Part shown: one piece after another, positions 1 through 11,774 of the stretch
How the letters are laid out: every line of letters starts with the position of its first letter
How positions within the stretch are numbered: the first letter of the stretch is position 1
Origin: an uncultured delta proteobacterium
Lineage (GTDB): Bacteria; Myxococcota_A; Polyangia; Haliangiales; Haliangiaceae
NCBI GenBank assembly: GCA_963848295.1
Contig: CAWKDB010000010.1
Location: 4,448,001-4,512,000 of the forward strand
Length of the DNA: 64,000 nt
Reading direction: 5' to 3'
The notes under the pieces: generated by a model
Told to the model about the DNA's origin: nothing
The model's input: the letters and a program-made list of their open reading frames with translations, nothing else
The model's database searches: none
Made by a program: the position numbers and the translations under genes

Positions 1-1486
<1,486 letters not shown>

Positions 1487-1490
<4 letters not shown>

Positions 1491-3181
1491 TGGACCTCGG
1501 TTCTGCCGTACAGCGCCCGCGTGATGGTTTCGGCGCGAGCCGGCTTGACGATGTGATCGTCGAAGCCGGCTTGGAATGCGGTAGAGCGGTCGCTCGCCTG
1601 GCCGTATCCGGTCATCGCGATGAGGCGCAGGGCGGTGCGCGGCAAGTCGGTGCGCAGCGCCCGCGCGATCTCGTAACCGTCCATGCCGGGCAGGCCGATG
1701 TCGATCAACGCGACGTCGGGCCGGCGCGATCGGATCAGCTCGACCGCGGACGGACCGTCGTTTGCGGTCACCACGTCGTGGCCGCGCATGCGCAACAAGT
1801 CGGCGACGAGGTCTCGCAGATCGGGCGCATCGTCGACGACCACGATGCTCAGCGGCGGCTCGCCGTCGTCGAGCATGCCGGTCGTGCTGCGCCGCTTCGC
1901 GAGCTCGTCCTGAGTCGCGAGCGGCAGGCGGAGCTCGAAGCTGCTGCCGGTGCCGGGGCCCGCGCTCTCGGCGAACAGCGAGCCATGATGCAGGTCGACG
2001 AGCCGCTTCGCGAGCCCGAGGCCCAACCCGAGCCCGCCAGCACCATCGCCTCCAGCGCGTTCTTGCACGAACATGTCGAAGATCCGCGGCAACATCTCCG
2101 GCGGAATGCCGCGGCCGTTGTCGATCACGCGGATGCGTGCGAAGTCGTCCTCTTGGCCCCACGCGACGGCGATCTCGCCGCCCGGTTCGGTGTACTTGAT
2201 GGCGTTCGACAGGAGATTCGTCACGACCTGGATGAGCCGCAACGGATCGCCGAACACGCTCGGTGGCGTTGCCGATCCAGCGGTGACGACGATGCGATGC
2301 CCGCGCGCGTCGGCGGCCGTGCGGACCTCGGCGATCGCTTCGTCGACGATGGTGTCGAGCGCGACGAGCTCGCGCCGTAACTCGAGTCGTCCGGTCTGAA
2401 ACCGCGCGACGTCGAGCAGGTCATCGACCAGCCTGCCGATGTGATGGACCTGGCGCTGGATGATCGACCGCACGCGTGGGGTCAGCGGTTTGTCGCTGTC
2501 GAGGTCCATGATCTCGACGGCGGTCTGCAGCGGCTGCAGCGGGTTGCGCAGCTCGTGCGCGAGGATCGCGAGGAACTCGTCCTTGCGTCGATCGGTTTCG
2601 GCGAGCTGGTGCATCTGGTGGGCGAGCGCGTCGGCCTCGAACCGCCGGCGTTGCATCGTCAGCTCGCGCTCGTGCGAGCGCGCCTGTGCGATCCGCAGCT
2701 CTTCGCCCTTTTGCTGCAGCTCGAACGTTCGCTCTTGTAGCTGGACGAGCACGCTCGCTTTCGCGCGCAGGACCTCGGCACGGATCGGCTTGATCAAGAA
2801 GTCGAGCGCGCCGAGCTCGTAGCCGCGAATGACCTCGTCGTCTTCCCACGACAAGCCGGTGACAAACAAGATCGGCGTCGTCCGGTTGCGCGGGCGAGCG
2901 CGGATCAGGCGCGCCGTCTCGAACCCGTCCATCCCGGGCATCGCGACATCGAGGATGACGAGCACGAAGTCCCGCTCGAGCAGTCGACTCAAGGCTTCCA
3001 GCCCCGAACGGGCAAGCACGAGCGGCCGGCCGAGCGGCTGCAACGCCGCTTCGATCGCCACGAGGTTCGCTTCGTTGTCGTCGACGACCAAGATGTCGCG
3101 CCCGAACGTCACGGGGTCGTCAGCCGCGTCGGACGTCGGGAGTTGGTCGTCACAACTGGTACTCCTGCTACTGCCCACCAA
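1487..3181 (-). CDS. Hybrid response regulator / histidine kinase (REC-HisKA-HATPase-REC)
   Basis: N-terminal REC (ILVVDD...[10 protein letters not shown]), H-box [10 protein letters not shown]-box [21 protein letters not shown]-terminal REC ([10 protein letters not shown]). Exact start uncertain (3181 or 3178). Confidence 0.93.
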
Positions 3182-3193
3182 CCCGGTAGATGT

Positions 3194-3209
3194 TGCAGGC
3201 CATGTGCCC
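3194..3209 (-). promoter_or_regulatory. Putative sigma-54 (-24/-12) promoter
   Basis: Minus strand GGGCACATGGCCTGCA versus consensus TGGCACR-N4-TTGCW, with GG-N10-GC spacing. Predicted +1 near 3183, beside the kinase start. Confidence 0.55.
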
Positions 3210-3317
3210 CACCACGGCGGTGCTCACGCCCAGTTCGCTCAGCAATTCCCGAGCCTTTCGCGACCGGGCGTCAGTCGACCCGTGCGGCAGCGCCCGGTGC
3301 GCGAATTCGCGCGCCGG

Positions 3318-4217
3318 CTAGCAGCTTGGAACCAAGTCGTGGCCGGCGAAGAACTCGTCGACCAACGCCTGCCATGCGCGCCCGTTCTCGGGCGGCCCGC
3401 ACTTGAAGGCAGGTCTTGCCAGCTTGCCGCGCCGCCGCATCTCGGACTGCTCGTCGAAATAACGGACGGCGAGCTCGGCGGCGTACTCGCGCACCGAGTC
3501 GCCGTTGTTCGGCTGGAACGCGTAGTACGTGCCGCCGCGCACGACCGTGGCATTCGGTGCGTACGGCGATAGGCACTTCATCGTGGGATGCTTGCCGCAG
3601 CGATCGAGGATCGCGTCGTAGTCTTTCGCGAGCGTGTGGTGCGACCAATCGCCGTGGTCCTCATCGTTGAGATGAAATAGCTCGTGAACCAGCGTCTCGT
3701 GCACGCCGTCTTCGCTCGTCACCAGCGAGCCCTCGACGTTGTAGATGATCGTCCAGCTTCCCGCGTACGCACTCGGCGTGTGCTTGCCGACCGAACGCAC
3801 GAACCCGAGCTCGAGCGCGTGCCAGCGATACCCCGGTGGCCCGTCGGGGAATTGCTCCGCGAAGAACGTGTCGATCTTCGCCATCGCGCTGGCGACCCAC
3901 GCGAGGTGCTGGCGATAGCTGCGGATCGGCAGCTCCGGCACGAGATGGATCTTGCCGCGATAGCCGCCGTCCATGATCTCGTCCGCGCCGACGCCAGCGA
4001 GATCGCCGGTCGCGTCGTACAACGCTCGCGCGAGCGCGCTCGCTTTCGCGTCCTTGGCATAGCGCGCGGCGATCAAGCACGCGGTGTCGGTGCACGCCGC
4101 CGGCGCGCCGTCGGGGAACAACCGCTTCGCCGCCGCGTCGAACGCGATCGCGGGATCGGCGAGCGCCCGGGCGCAGGTCAACGCGACGACCGTGAACGCA
4201 GCCAGCCCGACTCGCAT
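3318..4217 (-). CDS. Secreted hypothetical protein with zincin-like HExxH motif
   Basis: Signal peptide MRVGLAAFTVVALTCARALA; LVHELFH motif; later EYAAE. Start moved to ATG 4217 (TACGAT 6 nt upstream). Confidence 0.7.
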   Translation of the reverse strand: MRVGLAAFTVVALTCARALADPAIAFDAAAKRLFPDGAPAACTDTACLIAARYAKDAKASALARALYDATGDLAGVGADEIMDGGYRGKIHLVPELPIRSYRQHLAWVASAMAKIDTFFAEQFPDGPPGYRWHALELGFVRSVGKHTPSAYAGSWTIIYNVEGSLVTSEDGVHETLVHELFHLNDEDHGDWSHHTLAKDYDAILDRCGKHPTMKCLSPYAPNATVVRGGTYYAFQPNNGDSVREYAAELAVRYFDEQSEMRRRGKLARPAFKCGPPENGRAWQALVDEFFAGHDLVPSC

Positions 4218-4281
4218 CGCTCGATCGTAATCGATCACCGCCGGCGCGCCAGGCTCGAGTGAGTGCGGTAGCGTCGGCGCC

Positions 4282-6339
4282 ATGAAGATCGCCGCCATCG
4301 GACTCGGGGTCGCGCTCGCTAGTTGTGGAGCCCGCAAGGAGCCTCAGCCACGCAGCCACGCCGGATCGGGGTCCGGCGCGTCGAACGACATGGGATCGGA
4401 CCGGGGCTCGGCGCGCGACGGCAGTGCCGCGCCGTCGGCGAGGTACGATCAGCTCGCGCCGGCCGACTTCAACCGCTTTGCGGTGAGGCTCGATCTGCCG
4501 GTGCTGTGGAGTGACGCGAACCACGACAAGGCGATCCAACCCGACGAGGTTTCGTCGCTGCTGTTCTATCCGCCACGCGGACCGTGGATCGACGACGGCA
4601 AGCTCACGCCCGCGTTCGACCAGGCCTACGCCGCGATCCTCGCGGCTTCGAAGGCACCGGCACCGGATGACGTGCGGCGCCGGTTGGTCGACGAGGACCT
4701 CGACGCCGGCAAGCCGACGTTGATCCACAGCGACCTGCGTTCGTTGTCCGCGGACGACAAGCAGTTCGTGACGATGATGCTCCAGATCGCGGCGTCGATC
4801 GACGCGCTCTACGACACCCAGACCGGCGCCGCCGCGCTCGCCGACAAGGTGCCGGACGAGCCCGACAGCCGCAGCTTGTTTCGGCGCAATCGCGGACCGC
4901 GGTGCGTCGGTCCGCAAAGCGCGCTCGCGCCGGAGTGCTCGGCGATCCCCGGAGCGCCGAAGCCGATCGTATCGGTCTATCCCGCCGAGATGCAGCGCGA
5001 CGACAACTTCTGCAAGGCGATCGAGGGCCGGCCGGATGCCGCCAAGCTGCTCGGGCCGTTCACCGTGGTCAGCGCGGCGGCGCCGGCTGCAGCTCGTGGC
5101 GCTGCGCCCGCTCTGATAGCCGTCCCGTACTCGACCGCGTACCCCGATCGCATGACGAAGGTCTCCGACGAGCTCGTCGCGGCCGCCGGCGCGATCAAGG
5201 ACCCGGCCGAGCAGCCGCTCGTGACCTACCTCCGCGCCGCCGCGGCGAGCTTCAAGTCGAACGACTGGACGCCCGCCGACGAGGCCTGGGCGAAGATGAC
5301 GGTCGACAACTCGAAGTGGTACGTGCGCGCCGCCCCGGACGAGACCTACTGGGACCCGTGCAACCACAAGGCGGGCTTTCACCTGACGTTCGCGCGGATC
5401 GATGCTGGCTCGAAGCACTGGCAGAGCGTGCTGACGCCGTTGCAGCAGGAGATGGAAGCCGCGGTCGCTGCCCACGCGGGGGCGCCGTACGTCGCGCGCA
5501 AGGTGACGTTCCACCTCCCCGACTTCATCGACATCATCATCAACGCCGGCGATGATCGCCAGGGGCTCGGCGGGACCGCCGGCGAGAGCTTGCCGAACTT
5601 CGGCCCGGTCGCGAACGGCGGGCGCGGGCGGACGGTCGCGATGGTCAACCTCGACGCCGATCCGAGCGAGGCGACGACGCGCCGCGCGCAGATCGAGAGC
5701 GTGCTCGACGCGGCCTCGATGAAGCTGTACTCGGACTCGCGCGAGCCCGGGTTGCTCACGACGATCCTGCACGAGGCGACGCACAACCTCGGACCGGCGC
5801 ACCAGTACAAGGTCGCGGGCAAGGACGACGAGCAGGTGTTCGGCGGTCCGGTCGCCTCGATGCTCGAGGAGCTCAAGGCCGAGACCGGGGCGCTGTACCT
5901 GGTCGAGATGCTGCGCTCCAAGAAGCTGATCAGCGACGAGCTCGCGCACCAGACGTACGTCGCGGCGTTGAACTGGGCGTTCCATCACACCGCGGAGGGC
6001 ATGTACGGCGCCCACCAGTCGCCGAAGACGTATGGCCAGCTCGCCGCGATCCAGCTCGGGTTCTTGATCGACCACGGCGTCCTCGAGTGGAAGCCCGACG
6101 CCACGGCGGCGAATGGCAAGGACAAGGGCGCGTTCACGTTGCACGTCGACAAGATGCCGGCGGCGGCCGACGACATGATGAAGCTCGTCGCCGGGATCAA
6201 AGCGCGTGGCGACAAGGCCGCGGCGCTCGCGCTGATCGCGAAGTACGTCGACTCCAAGGCGATCGTACCGCACGACATGCTCGCGGAGCGCTACCTGCGG
6301 TTTCCGCGCGCGAGCTACGTCTACGCGGTCGATCTCTAG
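4282..6339 (+). CDS. Lipoprotein, peptidase M49 (dipeptidyl peptidase III / NUDT3-like) family
   Basis: Lipobox LASC; GESLPN, HEATHNLGP and LEELKAE motifs match M49 Zn ligands (pentapeptide HExxH variant). Confidence 0.8.
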   Translation: MKIAAIGLGVALASCGARKEPQPRSHAGSGSGASNDMGSDRGSARDGSAAPSARYDQLAPADFNRFAVRLDLPVLWSDANHDKAIQPDEVSSLLFYPPRGPWIDDGKLTPAFDQAYAAILAASKAPAPDDVRRRLVDEDLDAGKPTLIHSDLRSLSADDKQFVTMMLQIAASIDALYDTQTGAAALADKVPDEPDSRSLFRRNRGPRCVGPQSALAPECSAIPGAPKPIVSVYPAEMQRDDNFCKAIEGRPDAAKLLGPFTVVSAAAPAAARGAAPALIAVPYSTAYPDRMTKVSDELVAAAGAIKDPAEQPLVTYLRAAAASFKSNDWTPADEAWAKMTVDNSKWYVRAAPDETYWDPCNHKAGFHLTFARIDAGSKHWQSVLTPLQQEMEAAVAAHAGAPYVARKVTFHLPDFIDIIINAGDDRQGLGGTAGESLPNFGPVANGGRGRTVAMVNLDADPSEATTRRAQIESVLDAASMKLYSDSREPGLLTTILHEATHNLGPAHQYKVAGKDDEQVFGGPVASMLEELKAETGALYLVEMLRSKKLISDELAHQTYVAALNWAFHHTAEGMYGAHQSPKTYGQLAAIQLGFLIDHGVLEWKPDATAANGKDKGAFTLHVDKMPAAADDMMKLVAGIKARGDKAAALALIAKYVDSKAIVPHDMLAERYLRFPRASYVYAVDL

Positions 6340-7013
6340 ATCTCGCGCCGAAAGTAGAACTGCATCTGCGAGGCGAGATCAGGCGATGCGGCGAACACCT
6401 GGCTCGCGGCCGGCGCGGCGACCCATTGGTTCGAGGTCTGGAGCCGCATCGGGTCGTAGTCGAAGTTCGCCATCACGTGCAGGCGAATGTTCGCGCCGAC
6501 GAACGTGCCGCGGACGATGCGGAGCTCGCCGCCGAACCCGAAGAAGCCTTCGGGGAACACCCGGTCGGCGTGGATCGTGCTGTCGCCGTACGGCACCGAC
6601 AGTCGGGTCAGCTCGGCGCCCGCCCCGAGCTGCGCGTAGCCGCGCAGCCACGGCGTGAACTGCGTGCGCAGACCGATCGCCGTCGACAGCAGCGCCGATT
6701 CGCGATCGAGCGGAAGGTCGCTCGCTTGCCCTTTACCGATCGTGCCGTAGACATCGAGCCCGGACTCGAGGAACAGCGGGCCGCGCAGCGTGCGCTGGCC
6801 GAAGACCCCGAGACCATCCATCCGGCACTCGGTCCAGCTACCGGGATCGAATTGCTCGGTGCGGCGAAAGCCGTAGCCGCCGACCCGCGCACCGACCGCC
6901 CAGGTCGGCGTCGGTTCGGCGATCACCCCGCTCGATGTCGACATCTCCGGGTCGGCGGCGGCGGTGGTGGCGATGATGGCGGAGAACGCGACGGCGGCGA
7001 TGATCGATCTCAT
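6336..7013 (-). CDS. Outer-membrane beta-barrel-like protein
   Basis: Signal peptide; alternating amphipathic beta strands; aromatic-rich C-terminus (QMQFYF). Confidence 0.6.
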   Translation of the reverse strand: MRSIIAAVAFSAIIATTAAADPEMSTSSGVIAEPTPTWAVGARVGGYGFRRTEQFDPGSWTECRMDGLGVFGQRTLRGPLFLESGLDVYGTIGKGQASDLPLDRESALLSTAIGLRTQFTPWLRGYAQLGAGAELTRLSVPYGDSTIHADRVFPEGFFGFGGELRIVRGTFVGANIRLHVMANFDYDPMRLQTSNQWVAAPAASQVFAASPDLASQMQFYFRREI

Positions 7014-7168
7014 TGCCGACCTTGCCGTTCACAGGTCGCGCCGGCCCCGCTTGTCAGCGCGCGGTCACTCGAAGTAAACCGCGCGTCACGCCGAGTGTGG
7101 TGGATCACCACGCAGCGGTGGGATTCGCGACAGGTGGAGGCGGCAACCCCGCGGCCGGCGATCCCCGC

Positions 7169-8395
7169 TCAGCCGATCCCGATCAGCTCGCGCGCCGCGG
7201 CGAGCAAGTTGATGTCGGTCGTGCCGGCGCCGAGCTCGAGCAGCTTCGCGTCGCGCGCGAGCTTCTCGAGGCCCAGCTCCTCCATGTAGCCGTAGCCGCC
7301 GTGGATCTGGATCGAGGTCAGCGCGGCATCGACCGCGAGCTGCGCGCACATCGCCTTCGTCGCGTTGATGAACGGTAAGTCGCGTACGCCGTGCTGCTGC
7401 ATCCACGCGAGCCGAAACACGACGTTCTCGACCGTGCGCAGCTTCAAGAACAGATCGGTGATCTTGAGCTGCACCGCCTGGAACTCGCCGATCGGGCGAC
7501 CGAACTGCTGGCGCTCGCGCACGTACGCCAGGCTCATGTCGTAGCAGCGCTCGATGATGCCCCACGCCATCGCGGGAACTCCCGAGCGTTCGTTGCCGAG
7601 TGAGTCCTTGGTATCGGTGCGGCCGCCTTGGCCCTTCTCCGCGCCGCCGAGCAGATGCTCCTTGCCGAGTCGGACCTCGTCGAAGAACACCTCGCTCGTC
7701 GGCGAGTCGCGCATCCCCATCTTCTTGAACGGCGGGCCGACCGTGACGCCGTTCGTGCCGCGCTCGACGATGAACGTCGCGACGCCTTGACCGGCGGGAG
7801 GCTCGCCGCGATCGATCTTCGCGTAGACCAGGAACACGTCGGCGCCCGGGCCGTTCGTGATGAACGTCTTGCTGCCGGTCAGCGCGTAGCCGTCGCCATC
7901 GGGCTTCGCGGTCGTGCGCATCGAGCCGAACGCGTCGGAGCCCGCGCCGGGCTCGGTCAAGCACCACGACCCGATCAGCTGGAGCGTCGACAGCGGCAAG
8001 CCCCAGCGCTCGATCTGATCGGCGGTGCCCTTCGACACGATCGCGCCGCCGACGAGTCCGAGCGACACGCCGAAGCCCATCGCGAACCCGGGTGACACGC
8101 GCGACAGCTCCTTGACGACGACGTACATCATCATCGGGCCACCGCCCATCGCGCTGCCCATCGCGCGCTCCGGTCGTTCGCTCGGCGCGTCGCCGGCGCG
8201 CAGCCGGTCGATGCGCTTCTTCACCGATGCACCGAGCATCGCGTCGAACCCGAACGACTTGGCGAGGTGCTTCATCAGCGCGAACGGTTGTTCGGTCCCT
8301 GCTTCGAGTGCGGGGATGTGCGGCTGCAATTGCTTTTCGCACCATTGGCGGATCACTCCGCCGACCATCTTGGTTTGCTCGTCGAGGTCGAACAC
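7169..8395 (-). CDS. Acyl-CoA dehydrogenase family protein
   Basis: CLTEPGAGSD, GSKTFITNG, KMGMR, RQQFGRPIGEFQ, QIHGGYGY, GAGTTDI motifs. Confidence 0.95.
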   Translation of the reverse strand: MFDLDEQTKMVGGVIRQWCEKQLQPHIPALEAGTEQPFALMKHLAKSFGFDAMLGASVKKRIDRLRAGDAPSERPERAMGSAMGGGPMMMYVVVKELSRVSPGFAMGFGVSLGLVGGAIVSKGTADQIERWGLPLSTLQLIGSWCLTEPGAGSDAFGSMRTTAKPDGDGYALTGSKTFITNGPGADVFLVYAKIDRGEPPAGQGVATFIVERGTNGVTVGPPFKKMGMRDSPTSEVFFDEVRLGKEHLLGGAEKGQGGRTDTKDSLGNERSGVPAMAWGIIERCYDMSLAYVRERQQFGRPIGEFQAVQLKITDLFLKLRTVENVVFRLAWMQQHGVRDLPFINATKAMCAQLAVDAALTSIQIHGGYGYMEELGLEKLARDAKLLELGAGTTDINLLAAARELIGIG

Positions 8396-8418
8396 GCGCG
8401 CATGGTACCGTAAACGCC

Positions 8419-8826
8419 ATGCTCGACGACGCTACGAACGAGTGGTTACGCGCGCTGTTGGCACGCCATCACGCGATCGCCGGCACCGTCCATGTCGTGC
8501 GCGGCGAGCTGCTAGAGATCACCGGGGCGATCAACATCCCGCCGAAGGTTCGCGAGATCACCGCGAAGGTCCCATTCGGCAAGGGCATGGCCGGGCTCGC
8601 GTGGGAGCGCGATCAGCCGGTGCAGACGTGCAACCTGAAAGAAGACGCGACCGGCGACGTCAAGCCCGGCGCCAAGGCGGTCGATGCGCGCGCTGCCGTC
8701 GCGCTGCCGATCCACGACGCTGCCGGCGCGGTGCGCGCGGTCGTCGGGCTCGCGTGGATGGACGAGCGCGAGCTGCCTGCCCCCGAGGTCGCGCTGATCG
8801 CGGCCGACGCGAGCTCGTTGCCGTAG
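8419..8826 (+). CDS. Stand-alone GAF domain protein
   Basis: VPFGKGMAGLAW...VALPI...VVGL GAF pattern. Start at ATG 8419. Confidence 0.8.
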   Translation: MLDDATNEWLRALLARHHAIAGTVHVVRGELLEITGAINIPPKVREITAKVPFGKGMAGLAWERDQPVQTCNLKEDATGDVKPGAKAVDARAAVALPIHDAAGAVRAVVGLAWMDERELPAPEVALIAADASSLP

Positions 8827-8828
8827 GT

Positions 8829-9683
<855 letters not shown>

Positions 9684-9695
9684 GCCGGCGACAAG

Positions 9696-9711
9696 TGCAG
9701 CGACCGTGCCG
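9696..9711 (-). promoter_or_regulatory. Putative sigma-54 promoter
   Basis: Minus strand CGGCACGGTCGCTGCA matches GGCACG-N4-YTGCA. Predicted +1 about 2 nt before GTG 9683. Confidence 0.6.
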
Positions 9712-9896
9712 GCGCTGAGCGCGATGACGGTGCGCAGTCGTGACGGATCGGCTGGGACTGTTTCCCCAGGCTGATGACAACAGGTTTCGCCGTCGGCAAC
9801 TGGCGTCGGCCAGCTCACTCGAATGACGCGCGTTTTCGTGCGCGGCTCGTGCAAACGCCTGCACATTCGCACCGCGCGAGATGCGATGATGGCTGG

Positions 9897-10562
9897 ATGC
9901 GGGGCGCGTGGTTCGTCGTGTGTGCGGTCGCCGCGTGCGGCAACGCAGGGCACGGCGTCGCGGCCGACAGCTCGTGCGCGCCGTCGACCGTGTTCCTCGA
10001 TCGCCAAGGCGGCGACTACGATCTCGGCGCGTTCGACGACGCGACGATGAACCTCAGCGTCGTGCTCGACGGCCCGCGCACGTTGCCGCCGTGGCCGTAC
10101 GACGACGCGAACTGGACCGAGCTGACCGATTGCATCACGACCGGGTTCGCGCCGTTTCCGGTCACCGTGACCCAGACCGATCCCGGCGTGACGCCGCACT
10201 TCGAGATGGTGTTCTCGACTGCCTACTGGGGCGCGGGCGGACCCGCGGTCCCGACGATCATTCCGAGCAGCTGCCGCGCCGGCCATCAGATCGAGTTCGT
10301 GTTCGGCGACGCCGAGGCCTCGCCGACGAACGCGTGCGAGGCCGCGATGGGCGCGTTCGCCGAGATGGCCGCCCAGCTTTCGCCCGGCTACGACTGCCTC
10401 GACTTCACGAGCCCGGCGATGGATTGCGGTATCCGGTCGTATCTCGACGAAGACACGAACTGCGTCGATCAGTCGGGTGAACCGGCGCCGTGTCGCTGCG
10501 GCGGCACGACGCAAAATTCGGCCGAGGCGCTGCGCACCGTGTTCGGCACGTGTGCGAGCTAG
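9897..10562 (+). CDS. Cys-rich lipoprotein, hypothetical
   Basis: ATG 9897; lipobox VAAC; C-terminal CRCGGTTQNS; normal codon bias. Confidence 0.7.
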   Translation: MRGAWFVVCAVAACGNAGHGVAADSSCAPSTVFLDRQGGDYDLGAFDDATMNLSVVLDGPRTLPPWPYDDANWTELTDCITTGFAPFPVTVTQTDPGVTPHFEMVFSTAYWGAGGPAVPTIIPSSCRAGHQIEFVFGDAEASPTNACEAAMGAFAEMAAQLSPGYDCLDFTSPAMDCGIRSYLDEDTNCVDQSGEPAPCRCGGTTQNSAEALRTVFGTCAS

Positions 10563-11773
10563 CGAAGCACCTTCGCCAGCGCCGGCGCGAGATCGCCGCG
10601 CTTCACGACGTGCACCTTTTCGAGGCCGAGCCAGGTCGCCATCAACCGCAGCTCGCGCGCGAGCGCGGCGGCGACCGCCGGCTTGCCGCCGCGCGCTTCG
10701 GCGTGGCTGGCCTGGACGCGCAGCGTGCTCGCGGCGCGATCCGCTTTGAGGTCGACGCGCGCGACCATGCGATCGCCGAGCAGGAACGGCAACACGTAGT
10801 AGCCGTGGACGCGCTTGGGCTCGGGCACGTAGATCTCGAGCCGGAACTTCATCCCGAACAGCCGCTCGGTGCGATCGCGATGCCAGACCAGCGCGTCGAA
10901 CGGCGAGAGCAGCGCCGCCCGGTCGCTCGCACGCGGCGGCGACGCGTCGCGATGCAAGTACGCAGGTTTCGCCCAGCCCTCGACGTCGACCTGCTCGAGC
11001 ACGCCTGCGGCGACGAGCTCGGCGATCGCGGCGCGTGAAGGTGCGGGCTTGAGCCTGTAGTAGTCGCGGAGGTCCGCTTCGCTCGCGATGCCGAGCGCGC
11101 GCCCGGAGATCGCGATCAGCTCGCGATGGGCGTCGGCGATCGACGGGGTCGGCGCGGTCAGGGCCGCGCGCGGCAACACGCGTTCCGGCAGATCGTAGAG
11201 CCGCTCGAAGCCGCGGCGCGCCGCGGTCGTGACTTGGCCGCTCCAGAACAGCCACTCGAGCGCGCGCTTCGCGTCGGACCGTTCCCACCAGCCGCCGCGG
11301 CGCTTCGACCGCGCCGGCTTGCGCTCCGCGACGATGTCTTCGACGTCGCCCGCGCCGATCGGCCCGCGCTCGCCCACGATCGCGAGTACCGCCCCGACGA
11401 AGTCGCGCTGCTTCGCCATCCGGCGAATGTGGCCCCACGCGGTTCGCGACGCGCCGGCCATCCGCCAGCGAAACAGGCGATGCATCGCGACCGGCAACAA
11501 CGACGCCTCGTGGCCCCAGTACTCGAACAGCGCGCGAGTCTCGGTGTAGGCGAGCGCTTCGAGGTCGGCGACGTCGTACGCGCCGAGTCGGCTGAACACC
11601 GGCAAGAAATGCGAGCGGACGAGCACGTTGACCGAGTCGATCTGGATGACGCCGAGCTGATCCGCGAGCGCGCGGATCGCCGCTCGGTCCACGATGCGCG
11701 GGCGGGGACCGAAGCCCTGAGCCGCGATCGCGATCCGGCGCGCATCCTCGGCCGACAGCTCGAACCCGGCCAC
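10559..11773 (-). CDS. ycaQ: YcaQ/AlkZ-like (HTH_42) interstrand crosslink repair DNA glycosylase
   Basis: QIDSVNVLVRSH (QxD catalytic motif), LFEYWGHEAS, LLSPFD, EIYVPEPKRVHGYYVLP. GTG start at 11773. Confidence 0.88.
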   Translation of the reverse strand: MAGFELSAEDARRIAIAAQGFGPRPRIVDRAAIRALADQLGVIQIDSVNVLVRSHFLPVFSRLGAYDVADLEALAYTETRALFEYWGHEASLLPVAMHRLFRWRMAGASRTAWGHIRRMAKQRDFVGAVLAIVGERGPIGAGDVEDIVAERKPARSKRRGGWWERSDAKRALEWLFWSGQVTTAARRGFERLYDLPERVLPRAALTAPTPSIADAHRELIAISGRALGIASEADLRDYYRLKPAPSRAAIAELVAAGVLEQVDVEGWAKPAYLHRDASPPRASDRAALLSPFDALVWHRDRTERLFGMKFRLEIYVPEPKRVHGYYVLPFLLGDRMVARVDLKADRAASTLRVQASHAEARGGKPAVAAALARELRLMATWLGLEKVHVVKRGDLAPALAKVLR

Positions 11774-11774
11774 G

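Noticed and set aside
7058..7112. Two short intergenic hairpins (CGCGCGGT/ACCGCGCG and GTGGTG/CACCAC)
   Set aside because: Short GC-rich stems arise readily by chance here; no U-tract or second copy was seen.
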